Source of the DNA: a virus
Lineage: Duplodnaviria; Caudoviricetes
IMG/VR virus record: IMGVR_UViG_3300020045_009519
Location: 1 to 32,368 of that record
Length of the DNA: 32,368 nt
Direction: 5' to 3' (one strand)
Shown here: positions 15,112 to 24,962 of the stretch, piece by piece
Layout of the letters: every line of letters starts with the position of its first letter
Position numbering within the stretch: position 1 is the stretch's first letter
The notes under the pieces: generated by a model
Seen by the model: the letters and a program-made list of their open reading frames with translations, nothing else
What the model was told of the DNA's origin: nothing
Databases searched by the model: none
Translations under genes and position numbers: made by a program

Positions 15112-16137
15112 TTAGTAAGCTACTACGTAATAATCTCCGTGAACTGCTTCAGGGTGTAATATTGTAGATAAAGTTCCAGCTTCGTAAGCTTTTCCAACTT
15201 CTTTGAAATCAGTTTTAAAAGTGCTTTCAGTTGGTACAGGGAAACTTAACATCGGTAAACCAACAGTTAAGATTGCTCTGTTAGGGTTATTTAAAGCCCC
15301 AACTACAGCAGATTTCATGTCTCTAATAGCAGCAGAAAAATGTTCGTATTTAACTACTTGAATATCTCTGTAAACAAAGCTATCAAAGTTACCAAATTCG
15401 TTTTCGATTTCAACGAATCTAATTCCAGCCAATTCGTTTTTAGCTCTTTTTGCTTGAACTGCATCAAACATTTCAACTGTCATCCAAACGTATTTCTCGC
15501 TATTCATAATCATTTGCAATGATATTGATTGAGCAGAAATCATTTCATCTAAATAAGCCAAAACTTCTTCGTCAGTAAACGTTAATTGAGCAGCAGTTGT
15601 AATTTCTTCGTTTTGAAGAATAGTAACTACATTAGTTGCAGCGTCAGAAATCTTTTTCCACTGACCATTATCTTTTTTGTACGCTGGCAATAAAGCTGCG
15701 TTGTTTAGGTCTGTAGAAATGTATGCAGTATTTCCTAGCCAGTAAGTTTTCAACATTGAGTAAGTTAAACGTACAGCCTGTTCTTTTGCTTTTTGGTCAT
15801 CCAAAGTAGCTGTAGGTGCTGGGTTGTTTACATCAATACCATAAACAAGCATTTCGCCTTCTGATAATTCTGTTAAACAGATGTTACACGCATCGTTCAT
15901 TTGAATTCTAGTGTTCTTTAAAACACTAGGAACTGCACACGCTTCAGTCACGTCGCATCCGTCCATAATAATAGCATCTTCGATTATGATAGGTGCTAAC
16001 GAATAAGTGTTTGGTGTAAGTGTAACACTAGTGTTATACTTAGATGTAGCCTTTGCAAGAGCAGCCATTAAAGCTATCTCAAAATGCGATTCAGACATTT
16101 CAAAACCTACAGGGGTAATGTTATTTGCTGTTATCAT
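15112..16137 (-). CDS. Major capsid protein
   Basis: 341 aa, after protease and scaffold and followed by a terminator; YWLGNT...DNGQWKKI resembles the HK97-fold W-x-G-D...DG motif; ends YVVAY. Confidence 0.75.
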   Translation of the reverse strand: MITANNITPVGFEMSESHFEIALMAALAKATSKYNTSVTLTPNTYSLAPIIIEDAIIMDGCDVTEACAVPSVLKNTRIQMNDACNICLTELSEGEMLVYGIDVNNPAPTATLDDQKAKEQAVRLTYSMLKTYWLGNTAYISTDLNNAALLPAYKKDNGQWKKISDAATNVVTILQNEEITTAAQLTFTDEEVLAYLDEMISAQSISLQMIMNSEKYVWMTVEMFDAVQAKRAKNELAGIRFVEIENEFGNFDSFVYRDIQVVKYEHFSAAIRDMKSAVVGALNNPNRAILTVGLPMLSFPVPTESTFKTDFKEVGKAYEAGTLSTILHPEAVHGDYYVVAY

Positions 16138-16172
16138 TTTTATTTAATTTAAGAATTTAACTTTTTTTTAAT

Positions 16173-16709
16173 TTATGTTAAATTGATTTTTGTCAAATCA
16201 ACTTTTTTTCCGCCAATATTAAGCGTTTTTTTCTTTTTCTTTTCTTCATCGTCATCATCTTCAGCGTGTGACATTAAAGCTTTTAAACCTTTAACAGATT
16301 CTTTCATTTCTGCTAGTTCGCTTTTTAAAGCAACGTTTTCAGCTTTGATAGCAAGAATGTCTGTTTCGTTAGAATCTAAAGCAGCAGCCACGGCTTCTAA
16401 CATTTCTACAGTTTCAGCAGACATTTCGGTTTCAACTTCTTCTACTGGAACTACTTCTAGTTTTGTAACTTTTCCTGAAGCTACTGTGATTGTGTAAGTG
16501 TTTCCTTCAGAGACAAAAACGTGTTCGCCGTCTTCTGCTGTTACCGTAGAACCTTCTTCAATTTCTGTGACATCATTAGCATCAGGAAAAGTCAATTTTT
16601 CTCCGTTAGCACCATCGATTTCAAAAATCATGTCAGCTTCTTTTTTCTTGGGAGTTTTTATCCTCATATTGGCAAGTGCTGTTCGCCAGTTCATTTTTGG
16701 TTTTTTCAT
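16173..16709 (-). CDS. Capsid scaffolding protein
   Basis: Acidic; AEDGEHVF...ITVASGKVTKL beta module, coiled coil and basic C-terminus; lies between protease and capsid. Confidence 0.65.
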   Translation of the reverse strand: MKKPKMNWRTALANMRIKTPKKKEADMIFEIDGANGEKLTFPDANDVTEIEEGSTVTAEDGEHVFVSEGNTYTITVASGKVTKLEVVPVEEVETEMSAETVEMLEAVAAALDSNETDILAIKAENVALKSELAEMKESVKGLKALMSHAEDDDDEEKKKKKTLNIGGKKVDLTKINLT

Positions 16710-16714
16710 GGTAT

Positions 16715-17233
16715 TTAATAATTTAATTCATACTCTTCTTTAATAAGACCAAAATACAAGAGGTCATTTCTGTCAAAAGACGTTTCATTCTTTTTCATAA
16801 ATGAAAACATTTCATTTGATATATCGGTATTTTCTAAAAGCAGTTTATCAAAAATTTTGTCATAATAATCTAGGCTTTCAAAAATTTCTTTAGCATCTAA
16901 AGCTGTGATTCTTTCTCTGTTCTCGAACGTAACTCCAGCGGCATGATATAAAAACTTAGCTTGTTCAGAACAGAATTTCATATCTCCCAACATGAAGAAA
17001 ACAAAAGCACATGAATAAGCGTATTCTTCAACACTTGTAACAAAAACATATCCTTCACTTTTTTTAGCTAACATGATTTCACACATAGCCTCTAAAATTT
17101 CACAATATCCGCCTTCACTTTTTATTTCAAAAACAACGACACTAGGCTTTGAAATCGCCTCTATATCGGTTGTGAATTTGTCAAGCATTGACTGGTCAAA
17201 AACTCCTTCAATTAGTACTTCTATTGCTTCCAT
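16715..17233 (-). CDS. ClpP-like prohead protease
   Basis: IKSEGG, AYSCA (catalytic Ser) and FLYH (His) motifs of the ClpP/S14 family. Confidence 0.8.
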   Translation of the reverse strand: MEAIEVLIEGVFDQSMLDKFTTDIEAISKPSVVVFEIKSEGGYCEILEAMCEIMLAKKSEGYVFVTSVEEYAYSCAFVFFMLGDMKFCSEQAKFLYHAAGVTFENRERITALDAKEIFESLDYYDKIFDKLLLENTDISNEMFSFMKKNETSFDRNDLLYFGLIKEEYELNY

Positions 17234-17472
17234 TTATCACAAATATTTTCTTCTTCTTTAGCGAATATTTTATTACTTATAGGGCAAGGAACTCCTGAAC
17301 AATTAGTACAAACTTTTCCTTTTACTTCTTTGATTATAGCATTAAAAAAATCAGAATAAAAAGCATCCTTCATTTTATCACAACCAGCACAAATTTCGGC
17401 ACGTCTTTTTTCTTCAGTACCGAAATCTTTTTTGGCGTTTTTTGCTATTGCTTGTATCAAATCTTTACTCAT
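17221..17472 (-). CDS. Small Cys-rich (zinc-binding) phage protein
   Basis: RAEICAGC...CTNC...CP...K...CDKW pattern. Confidence 0.7.
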   Translation of the reverse strand: MSKDLIQAIAKNAKKDFGTEEKRRAEICAGCDKMKDAFYSDFFNAIIKEVKGKVCTNCSGVPCPISNKIFAKEEENICDKWKQ

Positions 17473-17476
17473 GGTT

Positions 17477-17484
17477 CAAATATA
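17477..17484 (-). promoter_or_regulatory. Putative -7 promoter box for the head operon
   Basis: TATATTTG on the minus strand in the 17-nt gap between the tape measure stop and ATG 17472. Confidence 0.5.
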
Positions 17485-17489
17485 TAAAA

Positions 17490-20165
17490 TTAATTTGAAT
17501 TAATTTTAACTTCCTGAATATTTTTTGCTTCATCTAAAGTTTCAAGAACTAAAACTGGAACTACACTAGGCGGTTGAACTTGGTTTGGTGGAACTTCTAT
17601 ATTCGCAACAGTTTCTGTTCTTGCTGGATTTTCAAAATTGTTTCTAGCAGTCGCTTGTTCAGCTGCACCCGAAGACATTGACATTGAAGGAACTGAAGTA
17701 GAACCACCGCCGCCGCCTTTGTTGGTGCTTAATATATTTTTAACAGCAGCGAATCCAGTTGCAGCCGCAATGATTACAGCTGGTATTGATTGAGGATAAC
17801 CTAAAGCAACACCCGCCGTGATACCTTGGTAAGTATTTACTAAAGCCATTGCTACAGATAAAGCTTTACTTTCTCCAAAAATAGTTTGAGCAGCTGCCAA
17901 AGAATCTTTCACTAGATTTCCATTAGCCATTCTTTTAGTTGCCAAAACATCTTTATCAATCGCTTTTGTTGCTTTTGCATATTTCGCTTCTTCTAATTCC
18001 TTTAATGCAGAAACTTCTTTTGCTGTCTTTTTTTCAGCTTCCAGTTCAGCGTCTAAAGCCAAAAGTTTTTCATTCAAATCATTTTGAAGCTGTAACTTTT
18101 TTAACTCGCTTTCTGCCATTCCTTCTTCTTCAAGGCGCAACATTCTCATTTCAAATGAAACATCTTTTAGAGTTTCTTCTTCTTGTAAAGCTATGGCTTT
18201 TCTTTCTTTTTCAGCAGCCTCGAAATTTTGATTTATTAAAGTGACATTTTCAAAATATCCTTTTTGAATTTCCTCTATAGCTTTTGTTTTTTCTGATTCA
18301 GAAATTAATTCACTATTGATTCTGTCAATTTGTATTTGTTTTAACAGCCTTGAGTTTAAAAGTAAATTGTCCTTTTCATCTTCATTTATTTTCTTTTTTT
18401 CTTCAGTAAATTTTTTCTGAATTTCTAATTCTGAATCAATAGTATCTTGAGCAATAGACAAAATTTCAGAACTCAAAGCCTGTCTATTTTCAATTAACTT
18501 TTTTTGTTCATCAGAACCTGACAAAGTTTTTTGAGCAAATTCGTTTTCTAGTTCAAAAACTTTTTTAGCGGTTGCCATTTTTTGTTCCGCCGTAATATCA
18601 TTTTCTTTAGCCTCAAGTTTTAAAATGTCAATTCTATTTCTAAAATTTTTCTCTTCTTCCTGTCTAGCTTTTTCAGCTGCTGCTTTTGCTTTTTCAGCTG
18701 CTGCTTTTCTTTTTTCTTCAGCGTCATCTTGAAGCTTATCTTGAGCGTTTTGATTTTTTTCTAAACGTTTGGTGCTTTCAGATTGTATTTCAATTTTACC
18801 CAATTCTGCTTTTTTAATTTGCGCCAAATCTTCTTCAGTAATTTTTCCAGCGTTCAATAAATAAGTTCCATACGCTAAAGTATTTTTTCTCAAATTGTCT
18901 AATTCTTGTTGAGAAAGCTGTCCTTTAATTTCAGCGTTTTTAATGGCGTTATTTAATTCCGCTTGAGCCAATGCAGAACGTTGTTTAAAATTCTGTTCTT
19001 CTATTTTTTCAGCTTTCTGCAAAAATGATACACGCTCTTTGTCGCTTAAAGTTCTATTTTTAGACTTCAATATCAGTTCATCATACTGCTGTGATGCTTT
19101 GGCGTTAGCAACTTCTTGACTATTCTGCATATCTGCCAAATCCTGTTGAGCTTCTTTTAATTTTATAGCTTCATCAGCTGCTTTACTCATGCTTTCTCCT
19201 AATCCGTCAAAGGATAAACTCGCCATTGCAGAGCCTAAAACTCTAAAAACAGCACCTAAAGCAGCAACGCCTTGTTCAATTTTGTCAATTAAAGGGTCAA
19301 GGTCTTTTAAGTAGTTGAATAAAGCAGCTATTGCGATGACAATTATACCTATTCCAGTACTAGCCAAAGCTATAGTGAAGGCTTTTAGCCCTAAAGTAGA
19401 AGCGTTTGTTGCTGCTGTTACTCCTACTGTACTTGTAGCAAGTCCAGCGTTAGCTGTTGTTTGCGCTGAAGTAGCTATATTCTGAACAGTTTGTACTTGA
19501 GTTGAAGCTTGAGTGGCTGTCTTAAATCCTATTTGACTGGCAACAGCTTTGACCATTGAACCAGCGTAATTGTTTACATCGTTTGCGCCTTTACTTACAG
19601 ATGAAGTAAAACCAGTTACAACAGTTCTAGCTTGTTGCCCATTGATTCCGAACTTTTCAAGTACACCGTCAAGACTGTCTAACGCTCCCTGATAATTACC
19701 TACGTTATCTTTTTGTTTTTCTAACGCTGAACTATTGTTTTTTAAGAAAGTATTATTTTGGTCAAGCTTTGCGTTTATCAATTCAATACCTTTTGCACCG
19801 TCAACAGTAGAGGCGTTAAGTCCGTCTCTAATTTTTGTTAGTTCTTTATTTTGAATCTTTGCTTCGTCTCTACTTCTAGCGTTTTCGTTTAAAGCAGAAT
19901 TCTCTTTAAGTTGCGCCAATGTCAAAGAATTTATTGCAGTAGACTGTTCTTTGTATGTTGTGTTTAATGATTTTATTCTAGCCTCATTTTCAACAAACTT
20001 TTTCGACAGGTCTCCTGTTGCGTCTCCTGAACTCAAAATTTCTTTTCTTAATTCTGTATTTGATTGACGCAAAAGAATCATTTCTTTTTTGGTTTCAGCT
20101 ATAGTTCCAGCCGCTTTTTCTCCGTCAACAGTTAAGGTGGCAATGTTAATAATTTCTTCTTCCAT
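17490..20165 (-). CDS. Tail tape measure protein
   Basis: About 890 aa, helical and Ala/Lys/Glu-rich; NVGNY motif and ALASTGIGIIVIAIAAL hydrophobic segment; likely start ATG 20165 (ORF extends to 20192). Confidence 0.9.
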   Translation of the reverse strand: MEEEIINIATLTVDGEKAAGTIAETKKEMILLRQSNTELRKEILSSGDATGDLSKKFVENEARIKSLNTTYKEQSTAINSLTLAQLKENSALNENARSRDEAKIQNKELTKIRDGLNASTVDGAKGIELINAKLDQNNTFLKNNSSALEKQKDNVGNYQGALDSLDGVLEKFGINGQQARTVVTGFTSSVSKGANDVNNYAGSMVKAVASQIGFKTATQASTQVQTVQNIATSAQTTANAGLATSTVGVTAATNASTLGLKAFTIALASTGIGIIVIAIAALFNYLKDLDPLIDKIEQGVAALGAVFRVLGSAMASLSFDGLGESMSKAADEAIKLKEAQQDLADMQNSQEVANAKASQQYDELILKSKNRTLSDKERVSFLQKAEKIEEQNFKQRSALAQAELNNAIKNAEIKGQLSQQELDNLRKNTLAYGTYLLNAGKITEEDLAQIKKAELGKIEIQSESTKRLEKNQNAQDKLQDDAEEKRKAAAEKAKAAAEKARQEEEKNFRNRIDILKLEAKENDITAEQKMATAKKVFELENEFAQKTLSGSDEQKKLIENRQALSSEILSIAQDTIDSELEIQKKFTEEKKKINEDEKDNLLLNSRLLKQIQIDRINSELISESEKTKAIEEIQKGYFENVTLINQNFEAAEKERKAIALQEEETLKDVSFEMRMLRLEEEGMAESELKKLQLQNDLNEKLLALDAELEAEKKTAKEVSALKELEEAKYAKATKAIDKDVLATKRMANGNLVKDSLAAAQTIFGESKALSVAMALVNTYQGITAGVALGYPQSIPAVIIAAATGFAAVKNILSTNKGGGGGSTSVPSMSMSSGAAEQATARNNFENPARTETVANIEVPPNQVQPPSVVPVLVLETLDEAKNIQEVKINSN

Positions 20166-20169
20166 TTTA

Positions 20170-22461
20170 TTACAATTGTTGGAAGCACTCAAACTTCCAG
20201 TTAATATTTCTTAATTTTACAAAGTAATCCATATTATTAGGACCTAATAATGCCGCATCTTCTCCGTTTATTTTTACAAATATAGCTAAATCGTCATTAG
20301 CGTTAGCGTTAAAATAAAAAATTGTTGAAGCATTAGAGTAAGTAGCAGAAGCTGGATTCGTTATAGACGAAGTAGAAACTCCTTTTGTGTACATAGTATG
20401 TATTAAAACCCCATTTTTATAAAGTTGAAAAGACACGTTTAATCTTCTTCTTGGATAAAGAAACGAACTACCTGCTTGGTTTTTATTTAAATACATTTCT
20501 AAATAACCAATATTTAAAGTTAATTTTAAATTTTGATTTTGAACTAAATCTATAGCTTTGAAATTAGCTATAGCAGTTCCTAATATATTTGTATCTGAAG
20601 TAGAAATTGTTAAACTGTCAGGTATATTTACAGGCGAAACAATTTTTTGACTTTTATTTACATATTTAGTAAAATTATTTACGCCTTCTTCATTCCATTC
20701 ATAAGTTATATTATTGACGCTGTTAAAATCTGAAACCAAATGTAAACGCCCCCTGTTCTGAATATTAATTTTTCCAACACGTGAAATTCCGCCTTCTTCA
20801 GAAATGAACTGAAAAAGCAAATCAGAATTTTCAATAACTGGAACTGTAGAAATAGCTTCTATTTTCAAAATAAATTGCGTGCTTACATCTACGGTATAAG
20901 GAACAGATAAAACTTCAGTTTCAACGTTATCGCTTCCTGTAACATAAATTCTATTTTTAGCATCGTCAAATTCTCTCACAATAAAAGTAGCTTGAGGAGA
21001 AGTGTTTGAGGCAAAATATAAATCATTCGCATCAGGAATAATTTTTGTTTCAAGAAAATTAAGAACTACATTCAAATCATAAACAAGCGGAACATCAGGT
21101 GCTGTCTTTTCTATCATTAACGCCTTTATTTTTACTTTGTCTTTTTGAGTTGTAAAATTTTCCTCTAAAGGCAACCAGTAAGAAGATAAATCTTTAACAA
21201 AAAATACTTCAGTCATTTTGAAATTTGAAATAAAAACTGCGTCATATCTAAAACTTAAAACTCCAACAGTTGGTAACGAAATGTTTTTAGTATAGGCATA
21301 ATGAAATCCTTCGTACAATTCAAACATATTTGGAGAAATTGCTTTGTACATCATGTGAACAGACTTTATTCCATTGTCGTAAATTGATACCTCTTTTTGC
21401 GTTTCCTCAAACTTATAAATATTTAGAGTACTTGTTTCGCCTAACTCATTTAAAGTCCTTAAATTTATCGTATTATCGTCATTAATATCTTGGTCATCAA
21501 AAAGTCTCATTGAACCAGCACCGAAATCAGAATTCAGGTAGTCGCTTTTCTCTACAATTGATTTGTTATTTTCAAAATAAGAGTTGTAAAAAGGCGGACT
21601 ATCTGCATATTTCAAAGAATTCTTTTTTGCCAAACCGCCTTCAAAAGAATATTCTTCATAACCTGTGTAAAGATTTGAATAATCAACGAAATTCTTTTTC
21701 ATTGTCTCTATATTTTTCCAAAGAAAAACACCAGCAGAGCGTTCGGAATCAGAAAACTCTATAAATCCATTGAATGTTTTCAATACTTTTGTAATGAATG
21801 TAAAGCAAGTTTCATTTGCATCAAATAAAGGGATGTCATCGCCTATATAAATTCCAGCGTTTGGATTTGTATAGTATTTTACAAGCTGCGTATCTGTAAA
21901 TAAATCGCCATAAGGAAAATAAGACAATTGACCTATTACTTTTCGCATCATTTCAACTATGTTTAAAAGGGCGGGAACTTCTTGAACAGAAATAATTCCG
22001 CTTTCATCTTGAGCAGAAACAGGTGCTGTTCTTGAAATGTCTGTTGTAGGTTCATTTAACGCCAAAAAATTAGATAAAGTTCTGTCGTATTGAAATCCGA
22101 AATCAATGCTATTTAAAAGCACCTCTTTTGACCTTGACACAAAGAAACTATCTGTAAAAATAATGTATGTTGAAATCGATTCTTTTCCTTCTTTCTGTAC
22201 TTTAAGTTTTTGTTTCTTTAGAAATATACATCCGTTTAAAATCACGTCGCAATCATAGCCCAAAGTCATTGATTTCGCCTTTGAATTTGGCAAATAGTTA
22301 ATTCCTAAAATCCTTAAATTTTTAGAAGTTGGCTTTAAACTTATATTATTTGAATATGAATATTGACCTTGAATCCCTGTTAAGTTTTGCGATTTCTTAA
22401 ACGTAACAGTTACATTTTGGTCAATATCCAAAAACTCATTATTTATCCTAACCTGTATCAT
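20170..22461 (-). CDS. Minor tail / tail-tip (hub-like) protein
   Basis: 763 aa; N-terminal LDI...YSYSNNISLKPTSKNLRILG motif of Bacteroidota phage tail proteins; adjacent to the tape measure gene. Confidence 0.65.
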   Translation of the reverse strand: MIQVRINNEFLDIDQNVTVTFKKSQNLTGIQGQYSYSNNISLKPTSKNLRILGINYLPNSKAKSMTLGYDCDVILNGCIFLKKQKLKVQKEGKESISTYIIFTDSFFVSRSKEVLLNSIDFGFQYDRTLSNFLALNEPTTDISRTAPVSAQDESGIISVQEVPALLNIVEMMRKVIGQLSYFPYGDLFTDTQLVKYYTNPNAGIYIGDDIPLFDANETCFTFITKVLKTFNGFIEFSDSERSAGVFLWKNIETMKKNFVDYSNLYTGYEEYSFEGGLAKKNSLKYADSPPFYNSYFENNKSIVEKSDYLNSDFGAGSMRLFDDQDINDDNTINLRTLNELGETSTLNIYKFEETQKEVSIYDNGIKSVHMMYKAISPNMFELYEGFHYAYTKNISLPTVGVLSFRYDAVFISNFKMTEVFFVKDLSSYWLPLEENFTTQKDKVKIKALMIEKTAPDVPLVYDLNVVLNFLETKIIPDANDLYFASNTSPQATFIVREFDDAKNRIYVTGSDNVETEVLSVPYTVDVSTQFILKIEAISTVPVIENSDLLFQFISEEGGISRVGKINIQNRGRLHLVSDFNSVNNITYEWNEEGVNNFTKYVNKSQKIVSPVNIPDSLTISTSDTNILGTAIANFKAIDLVQNQNLKLTLNIGYLEMYLNKNQAGSSFLYPRRRLNVSFQLYKNGVLIHTMYTKGVSTSSITNPASATYSNASTIFYFNANANDDLAIFVKINGEDAALLGPNNMDYFVKLRNINWKFECFQQL

Positions 22462-23579
22462 TATAGTTTGAAATTTCCTGTGTTGTTAATTTCCGCCTTC
22501 AATTTAAAATCAAAAGTAGTGAATTGGTCTGCTGCACTTCCTGAAACGTTACACTCAATAAATAAATCATTTCCGTTTAATTGCTTCATGTTCATTTCTA
22601 CTTTTGGCGAACGCAAAAGCATGTCAAAATTTTCTTTTAATTTTCCAATTTTACTACCTTTAAACTCGATTGTATTTTTGTAATCAGAACCTGATTGAAC
22701 AGCACCGCTTTTATTTTCGTTTTCATTAAAATAATTCTTATCGTAAAACGTTACCTTGCTTCTTTCTGATTTTTTTGAATCTATTTCAGCGTAAAAGAAA
22801 GAGAATCCGCCTCTGTTGTTGAAAAATCTGAACTGAATAACTGGGTCGCAGTTTTCATGGAATGGAAAAGCGAACAATTTCTTTGCTGGGTTCTGATTTG
22901 AACAGGTTATTTCTCGAAGTGAATTTATAATTTCAAGTTGAGGTGTTGTGAATTTGAAAGTTGACACTCCTTTTTCAAAAGTGATAGCTGAAGAAATTCC
23001 GCCAACCATGACCGTTTGAGTATTAATTTCATTGTTAAAGATGCTAACGTAATTATCAAACGACTTACAAACCTCAATTACTTCAGGCGTCAAGAACGTC
23101 AGTTTGTCAATTACTAAAGGATTTGAAAAGCTATCAAAAAGCAATCTTTCTCCTAAAATAGAATATCCAATTTCTTCAGTTTCATCCACAACACTCAAAC
23201 CGTCAGTAAATACCACATTGTCAAAATAATAATTATCGAATGTAAAATCCGTATCGGGTGGGATTGATCCGTCACGAATTTTAATATCGATAATGAATTT
23301 TTCAATTGATTGATTTTTATCGCCTTCAAATTCAAATTCAAAGTCATGCAGCTGCAATGATTTTAAAAACTCACTTACGTCAACTGAAAATATTTTCGTT
23401 TCCGTATTCGGGAAAATGTTTCTTATTACGGCGGATTTATCTTCATACATTGAACTTATGAAAACGTCGCAAACATAATCGTCAAAATTTCCAATTGTTG
23501 CGTCTGTTGTAAATTCAATTATCGCTGGACTAGTGCAATTGAAAAAAGTAGCTGGTTTTTTAATAATAGTTATCGCCAT
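22461..23579 (-). CDS. Minor tail (distal-tail-like) protein
   Basis: 372 aa; FRFFNNRGGFSFF and LLRSPKV motifs typical of this tail family. Confidence 0.6.
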   Translation of the reverse strand: MAITIIKKPATFFNCTSPAIIEFTTDATIGNFDDYVCDVFISSMYEDKSAVIRNIFPNTETKIFSVDVSEFLKSLQLHDFEFEFEGDKNQSIEKFIIDIKIRDGSIPPDTDFTFDNYYFDNVVFTDGLSVVDETEEIGYSILGERLLFDSFSNPLVIDKLTFLTPEVIEVCKSFDNYVSIFNNEINTQTVMVGGISSAITFEKGVSTFKFTTPQLEIINSLREITCSNQNPAKKLFAFPFHENCDPVIQFRFFNNRGGFSFFYAEIDSKKSERSKVTFYDKNYFNENENKSGAVQSGSDYKNTIEFKGSKIGKLKENFDMLLRSPKVEMNMKQLNGNDLFIECNVSGSAADQFTTFDFKLKAEINNTGNFKL

Positions 23580-23995
23580 TTTATAGATAGTATTTTTTCT
23601 TTTTCTTCTTGAACTGCAATGTCAAGAACTCTCTTTAAATTTTCTTTATTTATCACAGCCTGTAATTCGACAGAACCGCCTTGTCTATCCCATGTAGTAC
23701 CCTCGTTTATTATCGAGTTCAAAACGGCGTGAGGGTTCAGAATTCCTTCTAATCCTTTGGCGTTTATCCATTCTTCAATTTTCTCTACAGTTGGAATCTT
23801 TTCACTTTGATTTCCGTCTCTCAACGCCAAAACGTAACGCATTGCGAAAACTTTTACTTCCTGTTTGTTTGGCGTTATATTTGAATCTTGCTGAACTGAT
23901 TCTATTAATCGCCTTGTTGCAATCATGTCTTCATCTACGATAGCATCACGAAGAGTCTGCGTAAATTCAATTTCTACTATTTCAGCTAAATCCAT
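23570..23995 (-). CDS. Putative neck/tail-completion protein
   Basis: MIATRRLIESV...PTVEKIEEWINAKG...SIINEGT pattern, as in HK97 gp10-like neck proteins. Confidence 0.55.
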   Translation of the reverse strand: MDLAEIVEIEFTQTLRDAIVDEDMIATRRLIESVQQDSNITPNKQEVKVFAMRYVLALRDGNQSEKIPTVEKIEEWINAKGLEGILNPHAVLNSIINEGTTWDRQGGSVELQAVINKENLKRVLDIAVQEEKEKILSIKWR

Positions 23996-24456
23996 AAAGA
24001 ATAAGATATTTCAACGCCTGTTGTGTTCGTTGCTTTTGTGTATTTCACGCTGTTATAAAGTGGTCTCAAATTAGTCAAAGCGAATCTCAAATTAAACCCA
24101 CATTTGAAATAATTATTCATCTGATTAATGAACGCCTTTGAAATCATATCTTTAATTATGCTTTCAAATTGCCCTTCATCAAAAGTAGATTCGTTTACAT
24201 CTGTTGAATGTTCGCTAGGAATACCTACAAATAAAAATCCTTTATATTCGTGTTCTTGAGTTGTGAAATTTGGCACAACTAATTCAATTCGATTAATCAT
24301 AAATAATTTGTAAGGAATCTCATTTGGAACAACGCCATTCAAATCAGTTTCGTAAAATGAAAAATCATTGAATCCCGCCAAATATTTGAATAAATCATTT
24401 GAATCATTCATTTCAGAAGGCGGAATAAAAGTGATGTCAATCGGTTTTAGTGTCAT
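23986..24456 (-). CDS. Putative tail terminator/structural protein
   Basis: 156 aa in the virion module; C-terminal NTTGVEISYSL beta strand. Confidence 0.45.
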   Translation of the reverse strand: MTLKPIDITFIPPSEMNDSNDLFKYLAGFNDFSFYETDLNGVVPNEIPYKLFMINRIELVVPNFTTQEHEYKGFLFVGIPSEHSTDVNESTFDEGQFESIIKDMISKAFINQMNNYFKCGFNLRFALTNLRPLYNSVKYTKATNTTGVEISYSLWI

Positions 24457-24962
24457 TTTGGCTTTGGTTTATTTGCTTCATAATTATTGAATATCGCCAA
24501 CTTATCGGACAAAATACTCAATATGATTGTGTCAAAGTTAAACAAATTTCTCTTATCAAAATTGGTTTCATTATAATTTACTGGAATATTTTTCTTATTC
24601 GCCCAATATTCGATATAATAAAACTTATCTACAATGGCGTTTCTGAATCCGTTTCCGCTTCCTTCAACGTTGTAACTCTTTTGAACTGATTCAATGGCTT
24701 CTTTTATAGAGGTTACTGCTTCAGAAAACAAATTTGTGAACGCCAATATAACTATTTTTTCATAACTTTTCTTGTATTTAAAGTTAAATCTTAAAAATAC
24801 GCTGTGTATAACTTTGGCATATTCTTCTTGACTATTCGCCTCGCTTAAATCCAGCCAATCAAAGGCGTTTAATTTTTCAATTATATCTGAACTTGTTATT
24901 TTTATGTCAAGCGATTTGGCGAAGAATTCGCTATGTTTAAGGATTACTTTCTCTAGTACCAT
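24453..24962 (-). CDS. Hypothetical protein (possible tail assembly chaperone)
   Basis: 169-aa helical ORF coupled between terL and tail genes; function inferred from position only. Confidence 0.45.
   Translation of the reverse strand: MVLEKVILKHSEFFAKSLDIKITSSDIIEKLNAFDWLDLSEANSQEEYAKVIHSVFLRFNFKYKKSYEKIVILAFTNLFSEAVTSIKEAIESVQKSYNVEGSGNGFRNAIVDKFYYIEYWANKKNIPVNYNETNFDKRNLFNFDTIILSILSDKLAIFNNYEANKPKPK

Noticed and set aside
11858-18244. Numerous plus-strand ORFs antisense to structural genes (e.g. 13974..14318, 16183..16497, 17939..18244) and similar ones elsewhere
   Set aside because: They are shadow ORFs fully overlapping well-supported genes, with Ser/Phe/Leu-rich mirror composition and no motifs.
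24453-24962. Programmed -1 frameshift of a tail assembly chaperone (lambda G/GT type)
   Set aside because: I could not identify a convincing slippery site with an extended alternative frame, and the gene is not adjacent to the tail tube or tape measure genes.
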